Part shown: one piece after another, positions 29,799-40,600 of the stretch
How positions within the stretch are numbered: position 1 is the first letter of the stretch
How the letters are laid out: every line of letters starts with the position of its first letter
From: an uncultured virus (IMG/VR IMGVR_UViG_3300020471_001437)
Taxonomy: Duplodnaviria; Heunggongvirae; Uroviricota; Caudoviricetes
Length of the DNA stretch: 56,340 nt
Virus record (IMG/VR): IMGVR_UViG_3300020471_001437
Direction: 5' to 3' (one strand)
The notes under the pieces: generated by a model
The model's input: only the letters and a program-made list of their open reading frames with translations
Told to the model about the DNA's origin: nothing
Databases searched by the model: none
Program-made: the position numbers and the translations under genes

Positions 29799-30025
29799 CG
29801 GACAGGAAAGTACATTCGGTGATTCCGAAGCCAACTACTTCAGTAGCGGAAAAACTTGGCCTTGACGACGTCAACCTCACAATCACTCTATCCGAAGACA
29901 CAAAAGAGGAACTGACAGCGGCAAGAGAAACCATTCAGACTGAAACGCAGAAAACAAGGATGGTTCTCATCGTTCTTGGTGTCCTAAATGCCATTTCATT
30001 CCTCATAGGCAAATATGCGTTTTGA
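29795..30025 (+). CDS. Small protein with C-terminal TM
   Basis: Coupled ORF. Confidence 0.5.
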   Translation: MTDRKVHSVIPKPTTSVAEKLGLDDVNLTITLSEDTKEELTAARETIQTETQKTRMVLIVLGVLNAISFLIGKYAF

Positions 30026-30176
30026 GGCTATCGAGGGTTTATTCTGATTTCCATGGCCGATAAACTTCAATGGTTCATATACCCTCGAATTGAAAACCTC
30101 TCTTCTCTCATATCATACATGTATAGTATGACAAGAGTAGTACACATTCAAGTCCGATGCGAAGCATCGTCCGTTT

Positions 30177-30251
30177 GGCCCCGTGGTGTAGTGGATAGCA
30201 TCATGGTTTGCGGAACCATAGACCCGAGTTCGATTCTCGGCGGGGCCGCCA
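30177..30251 (+). tRNA. trnR: tRNA-Arg (anticodon GCG), CCA encoded
   Basis: Acceptor GGCCCCG/CGGGGCC, D arm GTGT/GCAT, anticodon stem ATGGT/ACCAT with loop TTGCGGA, T arm CCGAG-TTCGATT-CTCGG, 3' GCCA. Confidence 0.95.
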
Positions 30252-30264
30252 CGGAAGTGGTGAC

Positions 30265-30720
30265 ATGAAAAAACAAGAGATTCGGAAGATGGTGATGGCC
30301 ATCAAACCGAATTACAAGCCTATCAAACTTGTATTCTACTATTCACTCGGATTCTACAAGAAAGGCGTCATTCAGTTTTACAAAGGTGGGCTCACTGACA
30401 ACATCCCGAAGCGTCTGTATGATTTGCGTTCGTATGTACAGAAGAGAGGCTACACCGTAGACTTTGAGCGAGACCCACACATATTTCGTACGTGGAAGAA
30501 AGCGAAGAAGTTTGAGAATTCTATGCTCGACAAACAGGAGGTAAGAACGGACTCGCCCTTTGGTTATTTCAATGGTCATACCGAGTTATTCAGCGTTGAA
30601 CCTCTCGGCCTCGCATATGATGAAGGAATCCTTGAGCCTAATTGGGAAGAATTTTGGGAAAATTTCGATGGAGGGGTACATCACCCCGCTTGGCACCTTG
30701 GTGGCTGGTTATTCGAGTAA
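30265..30720 (+). CDS. GIY-YIG superfamily (T5orf172/MUG113-like) nuclease
   Basis: FYY...YKGGLT.NIPKRL.DL...AKKFE...GHTELF pattern. Confidence 0.6.
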   Translation: MKKQEIRKMVMAIKPNYKPIKLVFYYSLGFYKKGVIQFYKGGLTDNIPKRLYDLRSYVQKRGYTVDFERDPHIFRTWKKAKKFENSMLDKQEVRTDSPFGYFNGHTELFSVEPLGLAYDEGILEPNWEEFWENFDGGVHHPAWHLGGWLFE

Positions 30721-30733
30721 AACATCGACGTTT

Positions 30734-31004
30734 TACCCCCTATTGGTGGGATGGGTATCTCCGAGGAAAGTGTAGTCTTCCTCAAGTGTAGTTTCATCCA
30801 CCCACAAACGTCATAACCACTTGTTTGTTGGGAGTGATTGGGCCGTGAGGGCTTACCTCAAATCTACACAGACATCCAAACCAACTTGCTTACTTTTCCG
30901 ACAAATAAACATGGTATTTTCCTCTTTCATCCTCACGGCCCACCCTACGCTCTCCTGCTTCACAGAGGGGGTTTCTACACACATATACCCCCCAATAGGG
31001 GGTA
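30734..31004. repeat. Nested inverted repeats upstream of the serine recombinase
   Basis: 30734-30750 versus 30988-31004 (16/17 inverted) and 30839-30850 versus 30931-30942 (12/12 inverted). Confidence 0.7.
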
Positions 31005-31046
31005 TGTAGGCCGTTTTTCCGTTAAACGGAGGCCCCCCATACACTT

Positions 31047-31952
31047 ATGCCCTCAATTAACCTCCCCGGGGACATGAAGAGAGCCTCTCTCGCCGGGATG
31101 GAATGCGTGATTTACTGTCGAACCTCGACAGACAAACAAGAAACAGGTCTCGACACCCAATACTTCGACTGTCGGACTCAAATTAGCAGAATAGGGTTAG
31201 AATTGGCTGTTCCCTCAATGGAGGAAGTCACAGTTGAGGAAGACTACACTTTCCTCGAATACTCCCACATGCAAGGAGGTTGGTTTGACGAGGGACAGTC
31301 CGGAGGGCTCGACCCTTTGGACCGACCCGGCTTCAAAAGCATGATGACATACGTTGAGCAGAATGAAATACCGATAATTGTCATGTACCACAATGACAGG
31401 CTTGCGCGTGACGTAGAATTGACACTTAGAGTGGTAAGGGAATGTAAAGAAAAAGGAATAGAGTTCCTATTTGGCAACCTACCGGACATCAACATAGACA
31501 CCCCTGAAGGGAAGATGCTCTTGACCCAAATGTCATCGGTTGGCGAATATTTCAGAAATGACGGTAAGAGGAAAACTAAGGCTGGGATGGCTCGCCTAAA
31601 GTCCGAAGGAAGGTGGTTGGGAGAGACTCCTTACGGCTACTATGCAATCACAAAACACGAAGACGAAGAGCAATATGGTGAGTTATTGTATGACTTCCAC
31701 GAACTTGACGCGCTTGTCAAACTGTTCCGTCACTTCCTTACCTCGCGCCCACCGTCTTATGCGGGGACTGCGAAGTACATGAATGAGCAAGGCATACCTA
31801 CACGAAGGGGCGGGCAGTGGACTCGAACCCACGTTTACAAGATTCTAACCAAGGCTGTAATCCGTAGAAAGCGAGATGAACTTGGTAGGAAATTCGGGGA
31901 ATACTTCCCCACCGATACAATGGAGGAAAATGTGTATGAAGAAGAAGTATAG
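31047..31952 (+). CDS. Serine recombinase (resolvase + recombinase domains)
   Basis: IYCRTSTDKQ (catalytic Ser), DEGQSGG, RPGF, DRLARD, GRWLGETPYGY. Confidence 0.9.
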   Translation: MPSINLPGDMKRASLAGMECVIYCRTSTDKQETGLDTQYFDCRTQISRIGLELAVPSMEEVTVEEDYTFLEYSHMQGGWFDEGQSGGLDPLDRPGFKSMMTYVEQNEIPIIVMYHNDRLARDVELTLRVVRECKEKGIEFLFGNLPDINIDTPEGKMLLTQMSSVGEYFRNDGKRKTKAGMARLKSEGRWLGETPYGYYAITKHEDEEQYGELLYDFHELDALVKLFRHFLTSRPPSYAGTAKYMNEQGIPTRRGGQWTRTHVYKILTKAVIRRKRDELGRKFGEYFPTDTMEENVYEEEV

Positions 31953-32193
31953 AATGAGGACACCGCCTTTGGCGGAACATGAGAAAGCAGACCCACTTTG
32001 GTGGTTACGACACCACAAGCAAAACGTGTCGTACTTGGTGATACGAATACAAGAGTTGTTAGATGCAAAGGACAATGGAGACAAACAATTTGAAGAGTTT
32101 TTCGAAGGGCACTTTAGGGCTTGTTTGAAGGACTTCGCCGAAAGTGTGGGTGTGGATTTACTAACCGATGAGGTGGTATCATCAGCGGATTGA
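31936..32193 (+). CDS. Hypothetical protein
   Basis: GGAGG RBS; coupled. Confidence 0.45.
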   Translation: MKKKYRMRTPPLAEHEKADPLWWLRHHKQNVSYLVIRIQELLDAKDNGDKQFEEFFEGHFRACLKDFAESVGVDLLTDEVVSSAD

Positions 32194-32639
32194 AAGACAA
32201 GGTCAAACGGGAACTCGTAGAGTGGAACGATGTCACACAGCGTATCTTTTTCGATGCTATGAGAGGATTACCTGAAGACGTGAAACGGGTCATTTTGTTT
32301 GAAATGACTACACAAAGATTGGCAGAAATCGCTTCGCATAAAGACGAACGCCTGATAAGGGCAACTTTCAACAGTGTTATCGAATTGACTAAGTCAAGAA
32401 AGGCCTTGCTTGGTGTTCTTGCAAAGAAGATTGGGGCGAGTGAAAACCACTCTGAATTAGATATGCAATGGGTACTCCGCTACGGAATGTCGTTTTTCGA
32501 CGAATATGTGCAAGAACAGTACCAAATTGAACGAGAAAAGGTGTATAGCAGGCTTATGAATTCCGGAATCCATAACCGAATCCTTCACATTATTGACAAT
32601 AATGAAGAGCACAACCTTGATGACCAATCCGAACAGTAG
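32190..32639 (+). CDS. Hypothetical protein
   Basis: TTG start with GAGGTGG RBS; helical. Confidence 0.55.
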   Translation: MKDKVKRELVEWNDVTQRIFFDAMRGLPEDVKRVILFEMTTQRLAEIASHKDERLIRATFNSVIELTKSRKALLGVLAKKIGASENHSELDMQWVLRYGMSFFDEYVQEQYQIEREKVYSRLMNSGIHNRILHIIDNNEEHNLDDQSEQ

Positions 32640-33081
32640 CGTGTACATGGGCAAGACCTACTACACATACGAGGGCAAGAAAAAAACGCTTGGCGGAATA
32701 TCAAAGATGTTCAACGACCTTGTGTTGATTGAGGACGAATGGGTTGACGCAATCCGCGCACAATTCAAGGATGGTGGTTACCAGCACTTCCTTGTGTTTG
32801 TCAAGAAAATTGTCAGGCACACTTTGTCTGTTGATTTGACTGACGCGCAAGCGTGGTTATTGATTCACGACATTACTAACGACGGTGTACCATTAGCACT
32901 ACGCGACACTGAAAACGATGAAGACGCAAACGCGGCTACCATCTTGAAAGGTGCTGTAAGTGCTGTCGCAAACACCGTTATGATGCCTGTTGAGGCAGGT
33001 GTTGGTGCTGTTAACAAGACAATCGGCAAGATGACAAGCAAGGGAGAAGACCTTCCTGAAGACACACCTCTTGAAGAGTAA
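32620..33081 (+). CDS. Hypothetical protein
   Basis: ORF in the operon. Confidence 0.55.
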   Translation: MTNPNSSVYMGKTYYTYEGKKKTLGGISKMFNDLVLIEDEWVDAIRAQFKDGGYQHFLVFVKKIVRHTLSVDLTDAQAWLLIHDITNDGVPLALRDTENDEDANAATILKGAVSAVANTVMMPVEAGVGAVNKTIGKMTSKGEDLPEDTPLEE

Positions 33082-33131
33082 TCTATACGTTATTCAACAC
33101 AATATCTATAACATGAGTTCTTTACCGCAGT

Positions 33132-33689
33132 ATGATGCGCGCAAGAGTTCCTGTCAGACAATGGCTGTCTATGACATCCAAAATGAAGCAACGTCACTAC
33201 ATGTTGCTTGCTAACAACCGTGTCGAAAACGGCTTTGTGTTGTTTGACGACGCTAACCTTCACATTCTCGAAGTAATTGTCGAGCAATTCCAAAGTGCTG
33301 GTGGATGTCCAACCTGCAAGTCCAAACTTGTCATGGAAAGCGTGATTGACGGACGTTTGATGGGTATTTGTACCGAGTGTGATGCTCAATGGCACCCTAA
33401 CCAAAGAACACCTGACTACTTTGAGGGTCGCGTTCCTGTTTACGAGAAGCCACAGCGCAACAAGAAGTATGCTCACACAATTGACGCTCGCACATTGTCG
33501 TCCTCTTTGGAAGGTTGGCACCGAAAGGACGCCAATTGGTTTGCTTGCCGTTGTCCTGTTCACAAAGGTGTTTCTACAAACAGCATGGTAGTCAATGCAC
33601 AGACAGGTGCTTACGGTTGCCACCAAGGTTGTGACAACGCAGACATTTACACCGCTTTGAAAGCAATGAAAGGAGATGAAGAGGAATGA
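33132..33689 (+). CDS. Zn-finger protein with primase-type CHC2-like domain
   Basis: CPTC...CTEC and CRCPVH...S....G.YGCHQGC. Confidence 0.65.
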   Translation: MMRARVPVRQWLSMTSKMKQRHYMLLANNRVENGFVLFDDANLHILEVIVEQFQSAGGCPTCKSKLVMESVIDGRLMGICTECDAQWHPNQRTPDYFEGRVPVYEKPQRNKKYAHTIDARTLSSSLEGWHRKDANWFACRCPVHKGVSTNSMVVNAQTGAYGCHQGCDNADIYTALKAMKGDEEE

Positions 33690-33880
33690 GCAACAAAAAA
33701 GAGTACTTATTCATACTACAAGGGGACATGACGCCCTTCCAACGAGCGACCATAGCCAAATGGATATTGAAAAAGGCAGTCCAACTTAACATAGGTATGG
33801 CTTGCAACAACACAAACGGCGAGGAACTTACTTATGCGGAGATGATGGACCGTAACAACCACCCACCGGAGGAAGTCTGA
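33686..33880 (+). CDS. Hypothetical protein
   Basis: Coupled small ORF. Confidence 0.5.
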   Translation: MSNKKEYLFILQGDMTPFQRATIAKWILKKAVQLNIGMACNNTNGEELTYAEMMDRNNHPPEEV

Positions 33881-34105
33881 ATGAATATTGATGCTAACTC
33901 ACTTTACCCGTCCGCGATGGGACAAGCAACCATTTGGGCCACCACATACCCTCCGGAACCACTCATCAAACAACAATCTGCTTACGTCGGTGGATGGATA
34001 GAAACCCCTGTGGAAGAAGACGAAGAATTCGTTGAGTTTATGGCCAAGTATGGAATCAACATCATGCTCTACGATGAAGATACAATACCTCCGGAGGAAG
34101 CATGA
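33881..34105 (+). CDS. Mini-protein carrying family B polymerase motifs
   Basis: Starts MNIDANSLYPSAM (PolB motif A) and contains YVGGWIETP. Confidence 0.55.
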   Translation: MNIDANSLYPSAMGQATIWATTYPPEPLIKQQSAYVGGWIETPVEEDEEFVEFMAKYGINIMLYDEDTIPPEEA

Positions 34106-34473
34106 TGGATGGTGAATTGGGAATACACCTCCCCGGTGACAACCCTGACTACGAACTATACAGCCACCGTTGCTACGGTGCATACTACGCTGTCATGGTC
34201 GAGTTTGACCCTATACAACACAGACACATCTTGACGTGGATGGATTGGGACCACAAAGAACAGTTAATCATTGACGACGATTACATCCACATGAAGCCGT
34301 CTTCATGGGTAACTGCTATGGATTTGATACGCTGTTTGCCTTTCTTTGTCGCTCTCGAATCACCCCACCACCACTCTCTATGGACAGGCGTTGTAGATGA
34401 CATTCGTTCTTTCCTCAAAAGCAATCAGAATCACATTCTCGACGAAGCACACATACCACATGAGGAGGCATAG
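34102..34473 (+). CDS. Hypothetical protein
   Basis: Coupled ORF with GGAGG RBS. Confidence 0.55.
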   Translation: MMDGELGIHLPGDNPDYELYSHRCYGAYYAVMVEFDPIQHRHILTWMDWDHKEQLIIDDDYIHMKPSSWVTAMDLIRCLPFFVALESPHHHSLWTGVVDDIRSFLKSNQNHILDEAHIPHEEA

Positions 34474-34475
34474 CA

Positions 34476-37400
34476 ATGGTAACAATCATCAACACAGTGA
34501 AGAAAAAGAATGACGACGTTGGACTGATTTCAGTACGATGGAGAGACGAAGACGGTAACCGTCAGGAAGACATATTCCGTCACTTTCCATACGTGTATGT
34601 CAACCCTGATGATGTGCGTCAGTTACAGTCATCCCGTGAACAAGTGAAAGGAACCGAGAGAAGGGAATACCCTATCGAAAAGAAACAATTCATGCGTCGT
34701 CTCAAGGAATGGAAGCGTAAGAAAGACAGTTACGCCCCTGCAAAGTGGGAACATAACGTCAAGATGGATGGAGTTGTTTCTCACGATGACGATGACGAGC
34801 AATACAACCTTGACGGCACACGCCTTCGCCGTGTAGATTTCCGTCGTGCGTCTGCTCGCAACGCCTTCCGTCGTGCGTATACTCCACTATACGGTTCTCG
34901 GACACAACACCCCGAGCAGTTCTGTATCAGACCGCCGATGGAACAAGACCAATTCGAATCATTGTTCAGTCTTGATGCACCCACACACATCGCATACATT
35001 GACCTTGAAACTCTACAATTTACACCTAATACAGACGACTATCCAAAGTACACTAACACAAACCACCCTCGTCATTCTCTACCTATTGGACCTAACCAAG
35101 CAGGGCTACAAGAAATCTCTATGATTGCCATATACGCCGATTGGCTTGACCAATACATCGTATGGGCACAACACCCTAACTTTGAGGAATACAATACGGG
35201 GGACTTGCCCCGGGAATACAAAGAGCGCGGTGAAGTGCGCTACTTCAATGATGAAAGAGACCTTTTGGTCAACTTCGTAGAATGGGTTGAGACATTTGAC
35301 CCTGATATGTTCGTTGCGTGGAATGGTGATGGTTACGACTATCCTATGTTGCACTACCGTCTTGATGTTACAGGAGTCGGGCCCGAAAGATTGTCCCCTA
35401 TCGTCCATTCATCAAACAACCAATTCACAAGCACTCGCGACTTCATGCCGCCTGCTGACAATTGGTCCGAAGAAGGAGAAAGGATTCTCAAAGGGCACTA
35501 CCGTGCTTCAAGACAACCTATTCGTGGTCGGGCTACCATTGATTTGATGCCTGCCTTTGCCAAATGGTGGCGTTCTACCAAGGGACAAGACATCGGGTTC
35601 CGTGTGAGCCTTAACCGAGCAACGAACGAACTTCTGAAAGACTACATTGATGTTGGTAAAGATGCTGACTTCAAGTGGGGGTTCTTTGACAAAGCATACG
35701 ACAAGTTCATCGAGGACTACATCTACTACAACATTCGTGACGTAGAGGCTATGGTTCAGGTTGAAGGCTACGCCAACGTCATACAACTACACCACGCCAT
35801 GCAGGTGTTCCTCAAAGTTCCATTTGGTTCTACATTCAACGCTACTCGTTTCTGTGGTGTAATGTTCAGTCGTGGTGCTGGTTTTCTGCCGGGAGACCCT
35901 GTGTGGGATAATCAGCCGTTTGCCAAATACATGGGCGTATTGATGGATGATTTGTCCTATGAAGGTGCAGAAGTAGTGGACGTAGAGGCAGAGGGTAACA
36001 TGGGACTACACCATAACACAGCGGCTCTTGATGCAATGGCAATGTACCCATACAACATCATTGGTAAGAACATCTGCTGGTTGACAGCGTACGAAGCAAA
36101 AGAAGGGGACGAACACGCAGTCACTTACGACATTCACAAGGAGAAAGACATCATTGGTTATGAGACAGTCGCTTTCCACCCGTCTACCGTCATGGAAGGT
36201 TCGCTTCCTAAGATGGTGAAAGTGGTTCTTGATGAGCGTGCCCATTACAAAGGCGAGATGAAGAAGGCAAGAGAGGCCGGGGACGACCTCGCTTACAAAC
36301 AGGCCGACAACATGCAGAAAGCCGTCAAGGTGGTTGCTAACTCGTTCTATGGTGTGTTGGGTAACGCGTGGGAATGGGGTCGTGATTCTGTCCCTCACGC
36401 TACTTGGGCACTTGCTGGTGCTACTACCAAATACGGTAAGAAGCAGATTCATACTGTGAGGGAATACTGTGAATCCCAAGGATTCAAGACTGTTTTCGGT
36501 CACACAGATTCAGTTTTCGTCAAGTTGGGTGACGACAAGACTGTCGAGGAATGTGTCGAGCAAGGTCACAAATTGACCGAGGAAATCAGTGAGTTCGTAC
36601 AGACCTCTCTCAACCACTCGGGCGCAGAATGGGAATTCGAGCAGTTCATGGATGAGTTCTTCATTGCTAAGAAGAATCGTTACGCAGGACGTATTGCATG
36701 GGCCGATGGCGAGTTTATCACCGGCAAAGACCTCAAGCAACGTCTCAAGGTATCCGGTTTTGAACTCAAGCGTGCTAACGCTTCCAAAGGTGTTGGTGAC
36801 GTCCAACTTGAGGTATTCGACTTAATGTTCAATCGTGCCTCCATGCAGGACATTGTTACACACTTACACAATCGCTACGAATCAGTAATGAACGGTGAAG
36901 TTCCTATTGAGCAACTTGTTGCGCGAAAGACAATGCGCAAGCACTTGCCGTGTGCTTACCGTCGTGTTGGGTACGGTCAGTGGGCATCCTGTAATTGTGG
37001 TTCTTGTCCTGTCATGAAAACACCGGGAATGACCAAAGAAGAGAAAGATGGGCTTGATAAGCGTAGAAGTGACGACCTTTGCTACTCTATCCGTGGGCCA
37101 AAGTCTTCCAACTACCGACGTTACATACACGGCGAACAGGTTTGGAGAACTATGGACCCTGACTTTGGTGCCGCCGCGTGGTACAACGCATACATGGCAA
37201 ACGACACTGAATCTTCAATTTCCAAAGGAGAATCATTTTACTTGGTTGCTTGTAGAGACGGGCCATATCCTATGCCATACCGAGAGCACAAGACTCTACG
37301 TCGTAATTATGGTCTTGTTGGGCTCAAAAGGGTTGAACAACTGTCAAGATTCACCCCTGACTACGAATATTACGCACATGAGACTGTTGTGCAATCTGTG

Positions 37401-37484
37401 AAGAACGTATTCGAAGGAATGGGCTGGTCACTTGAACTAATCAGTGGTGGAAAGGTCCCGACAATTACGGATTTCCTTTACTGA
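34476..37484 (+). CDS. polB: Family B DNA polymerase with 3'-5' exonuclease
   Basis: ExoI DLET, ExoII WNGDGYD, ExoIII YNIRD, YEGA, motif A DAMAMYP, motif B KVVANSFYG, motif C GHTDS, KNRYAG. Confidence 0.95.
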   Translation: MVTIINTVKKKNDDVGLISVRWRDEDGNRQEDIFRHFPYVYVNPDDVRQLQSSREQVKGTERREYPIEKKQFMRRLKEWKRKKDSYAPAKWEHNVKMDGVVSHDDDDEQYNLDGTRLRRVDFRRASARNAFRRAYTPLYGSRTQHPEQFCIRPPMEQDQFESLFSLDAPTHIAYIDLETLQFTPNTDDYPKYTNTNHPRHSLPIGPNQAGLQEISMIAIYADWLDQYIVWAQHPNFEEYNTGDLPREYKERGEVRYFNDERDLLVNFVEWVETFDPDMFVAWNGDGYDYPMLHYRLDVTGVGPERLSPIVHSSNNQFTSTRDFMPPADNWSEEGERILKGHYRASRQPIRGRATIDLMPAFAKWWRSTKGQDIGFRVSLNRATNELLKDYIDVGKDADFKWGFFDKAYDKFIEDYIYYNIRDVEAMVQVEGYANVIQLHHAMQVFLKVPFGSTFNATRFCGVMFSRGAGFLPGDPVWDNQPFAKYMGVLMDDLSYEGAEVVDVEAEGNMGLHHNTAALDAMAMYPYNIIGKNICWLTAYEAKEGDEHAVTYDIHKEKDIIGYETVAFHPSTVMEGSLPKMVKVVLDERAHYKGEMKKAREAGDDLAYKQADNMQKAVKVVANSFYGVLGNAWEWGRDSVPHATWALAGATTKYGKKQIHTVREYCESQGFKTVFGHTDSVFVKLGDDKTVEECVEQGHKLTEEISEFVQTSLNHSGAEWEFEQFMDEFFIAKKNRYAGRIAWADGEFITGKDLKQRLKVSGFELKRANASKGVGDVQLEVFDLMFNRASMQDIVTHLHNRYESVMNGEVPIEQLVARKTMRKHLPCAYRRVGYGQWASCNCGSCPVMKTPGMTKEEKDGLDKRRSDDLCYSIRGPKSSNYRRYIHGEQVWRTMDPDFGAAAWYNAYMANDTESSISKGESFYLVACRDGPYPMPYREHKTLRRNYGLVGLKRVEQLSRFTPDYEYYAHETVVQSVKNVFEGMGWSLELISGGKVPTITDFLY

Positions 37485-37671
37485 TATTGTTCGCAAGAGT
37501 TCTGGATGTTACCCGGGTACGCGTTGGATGTGGAGATAAGGTCTCGATAGTGTCATATTTTCTTACTATACATGTACAGTGTTACAACGTGTGTTATCGA
37601 CCGTAGATATACGTCACGTGTGACAAGAAACATGGCTTACGCTAAACGATGGTGAGACATGTCGAAATCAC

Positions 37672-40600
37672 TCAAGAGTAACGTCGCATAGTCTCTCCGA
37701 CAAGCGGGACTCTACCCGCAATCGTTGAACCTGTAACCGAACGCATGTTAGAATTGTTACCCATGGTAACTCCTGCTCGAAGATGTCGCTTCATATCTTC
37801 CATAGCCATAGCATCAAACGTGTTCTTTGCTTTAGGACCCATTCCTTGGCCGGGCCCTACTCCTACTACTTTACCGGTGATGCCCATAGCGTCCACAATG
37901 GTACGAACATAACGATAGTCGTAATCACCTATACCAACCCCATCACCGTTCATTTGGAAGTTCAGTTGCTCTTCTACACACCCAAGTGCGGCCTCTAAGC
38001 CGAGGAATTGCTCTACTGTATGTGGATTGTCACACCAAATAGTATCAGTTTGAACAAAGTCAGGTAGCAATGTAGTCAATGCTTCCCAAACCTTCGGGTG
38101 TGCGGAGTCAATAAGTAGAGTGTATGCGTCTCCGTCCTTTGTAACGTAGGTTGGTCCTCCTTGTTGTATACCTGATACTTGTATGAGGGAAATGAAGTCG
38201 CGCATGTTCATCATATCTCGCTGGTCTCCATCTACGCGTATTACAAATGAATCTCCATCCTGTATTTCAGCAATCATTTCTCCTTTAGGGGCGTTAGCGG
38301 CCTTTAATCCGCGTCTTACCTGTCTCATCATGAAACCGGCGTCGATTTCTTTTTCCCTAAACCTCCTCATGTTTACATTGAATATGCACAGTCTTGCTTC
38401 AGGGTCGTAATCAACTACCTCAAGTATTTCTTGTATGGTAACGGGTGAAGCCCAATTTGCGATAGATTGTGCGTCTTCATCGTTCCAATATTCGGGTTGA
38501 AGAACAACACTTGTGAAAATTTGTTTGCCTTTGGCATTCTGTTTGTTTACTGCTTCAACCACTTCTTCAAGACGGTCTACTGAAGCACCCTGTCCCTTAC
38601 CACCCGAGTGGAACGTTCTAAGCGAAGCCTGTGTAGCCGGTTCCGCCAAACAACCTGCGGCAGTAGAACCAATTGCTTCTCCTACTTCAACGAGGTTTTG
38701 GGTTGCCCACCAATCAAGACGGGACACCATGTCTCTTACTACCGGCTTCATTACCTCTCTTTTCGCGAGAACGTCAACTACGGCATTCGTTAGGCGTTCA
38801 TTATCCCATTTGCTATTGAATCCATCTACAAAGAAGTCGATGTGTGCACTGCCCTTCATACACTCATCACAGTCCATGCCAAGGGGAACGTCGTGTTTAC
38901 ATTTGAAATCAAAGAAGAATGGCTGTAACTCAATAGTGAAATCTTCGTTGTCGCCTTCTACTAACCCTTGCGGGTTCAATACTTGACCGTCAGGGAAGCG
39001 GTGTACCATCTTAGAAGAGTAACCACGGAAGCCGTCTCCGCCCGCTTTGAATGAAACAATGGTACCGTCTCTCAAGTCGATGGTACGTCCGTGCGAATCT
39101 ACTACGAGCGATTCAAGACCACGACGGACCTTGTTTGCAAGATAACCGGAATCTTGTAACGCACCGGACGAGGATTCCATGTCTGACCGTCTTCCGGCAA
39201 TACAGATTGTGAAGTATTCGTGTGGTTCCATTCCTGATTTGTATGAGTTCTTGACATACCCGTGATGTATTGGGTGTTCTATTTCATATCCACGCAGAGG
39301 GTAGTGTGCGAACTGTCTTTGGATTCCGTTCATGGTAGATTCAAGACCCCTTGTTGGGACTACTCCTGAAATCCGTACCTGACCATACGCCGCGCCCATC
39401 TGTTGAATGTTCAACTTCTTACCTCTACCACCTGACCTAACTGCTATTTCCATTGCGTTATCTGAACCCGATATGTCTGATACGGCCTGCGTAACAGACT
39501 CTTCCCACGGGGATTGCACTTGGTCAAGCAATTGACCTCTAAATTGATACGGGGCATTGTCAAGAATCTGTTGTTTGATTACTTGTTGCGTGTCGGGTAG
39601 CCAATTTTCATCATCTACATATTTCTGCATGTTTCTATCTGCAAAGTCTCTATTGATTTGAGCACATATAGCAGAGGACTCTTCATACCCGCTACGCACC
39701 TCTTCATACTGTTCAGAGGAAAGACCGCAATCAGCAACACCCATAGAGTAACCAAGTGCATGGTGAGCGGCGAAACCAAGTCTACAAAGCATATCAAGGA
39801 ACTTGTGCATCTCCTTTGAGCCCTCTTCGTAGCCGAAACGATAGTAGAATGCAGGTGCAAGTGTACCTTTTTCCTTACCCATGAATGTTCTATCAAGTGT
39901 ACCCGTGATTACCTCACCGTCGAGAATAATTGTTTCGTCTTTGACCTCTTTTCCTTTTTCATTCAACACCATTGTACCGTCAGGGTTGTACAGTATACCT
40001 GACTTGAATCTTGCATTGATGCCTTTGGGTAACAGTAGGCTGATACAGCGATAACCCGAATAGAACTTGCCCTTTACATCAGGTTCGCCATAGTCTAAAA
40101 TATACTCATACTCTCCCTCACCACTGTCGTGGAATACGTGGCTGAATATGCTGTTCATCATCCTTCTACTGAAATAAGGAACGCCGTCTTCGTCAAACCC
40201 AAGTCCAACTGACGGATTGTACGTACCGGCTTTGCTCTTATGCTTCATTGTGAGCAAGTAAACTCCTGATGTTTGGTCGTGGTCGGTACCAATCACCAAC
40301 TTACCCATCCTATGATGTATCACATTGTCTTTCAACTGCAATTGGTCTCTGATTTCATTCATTGCTTCTATTGAACCCGGAACATAGATGTTCATTTGGT
40401 CTCCGTCATAATCAGCATTGAATGGGACACATATTGCTGGATTCATTGAGATGGAATGCTGGTCTAATGGAACCACTCGTAATCCATTCAAAGATTGTCT
40501 GTGCAAAGACGGTTGTCTGCCGAATAGAACGTAATCTCCGGGCAAAACTGACCTCGCGACAATGTCACCTACACGGAGAGGCCGTAAGCCGTCTTCTGCG

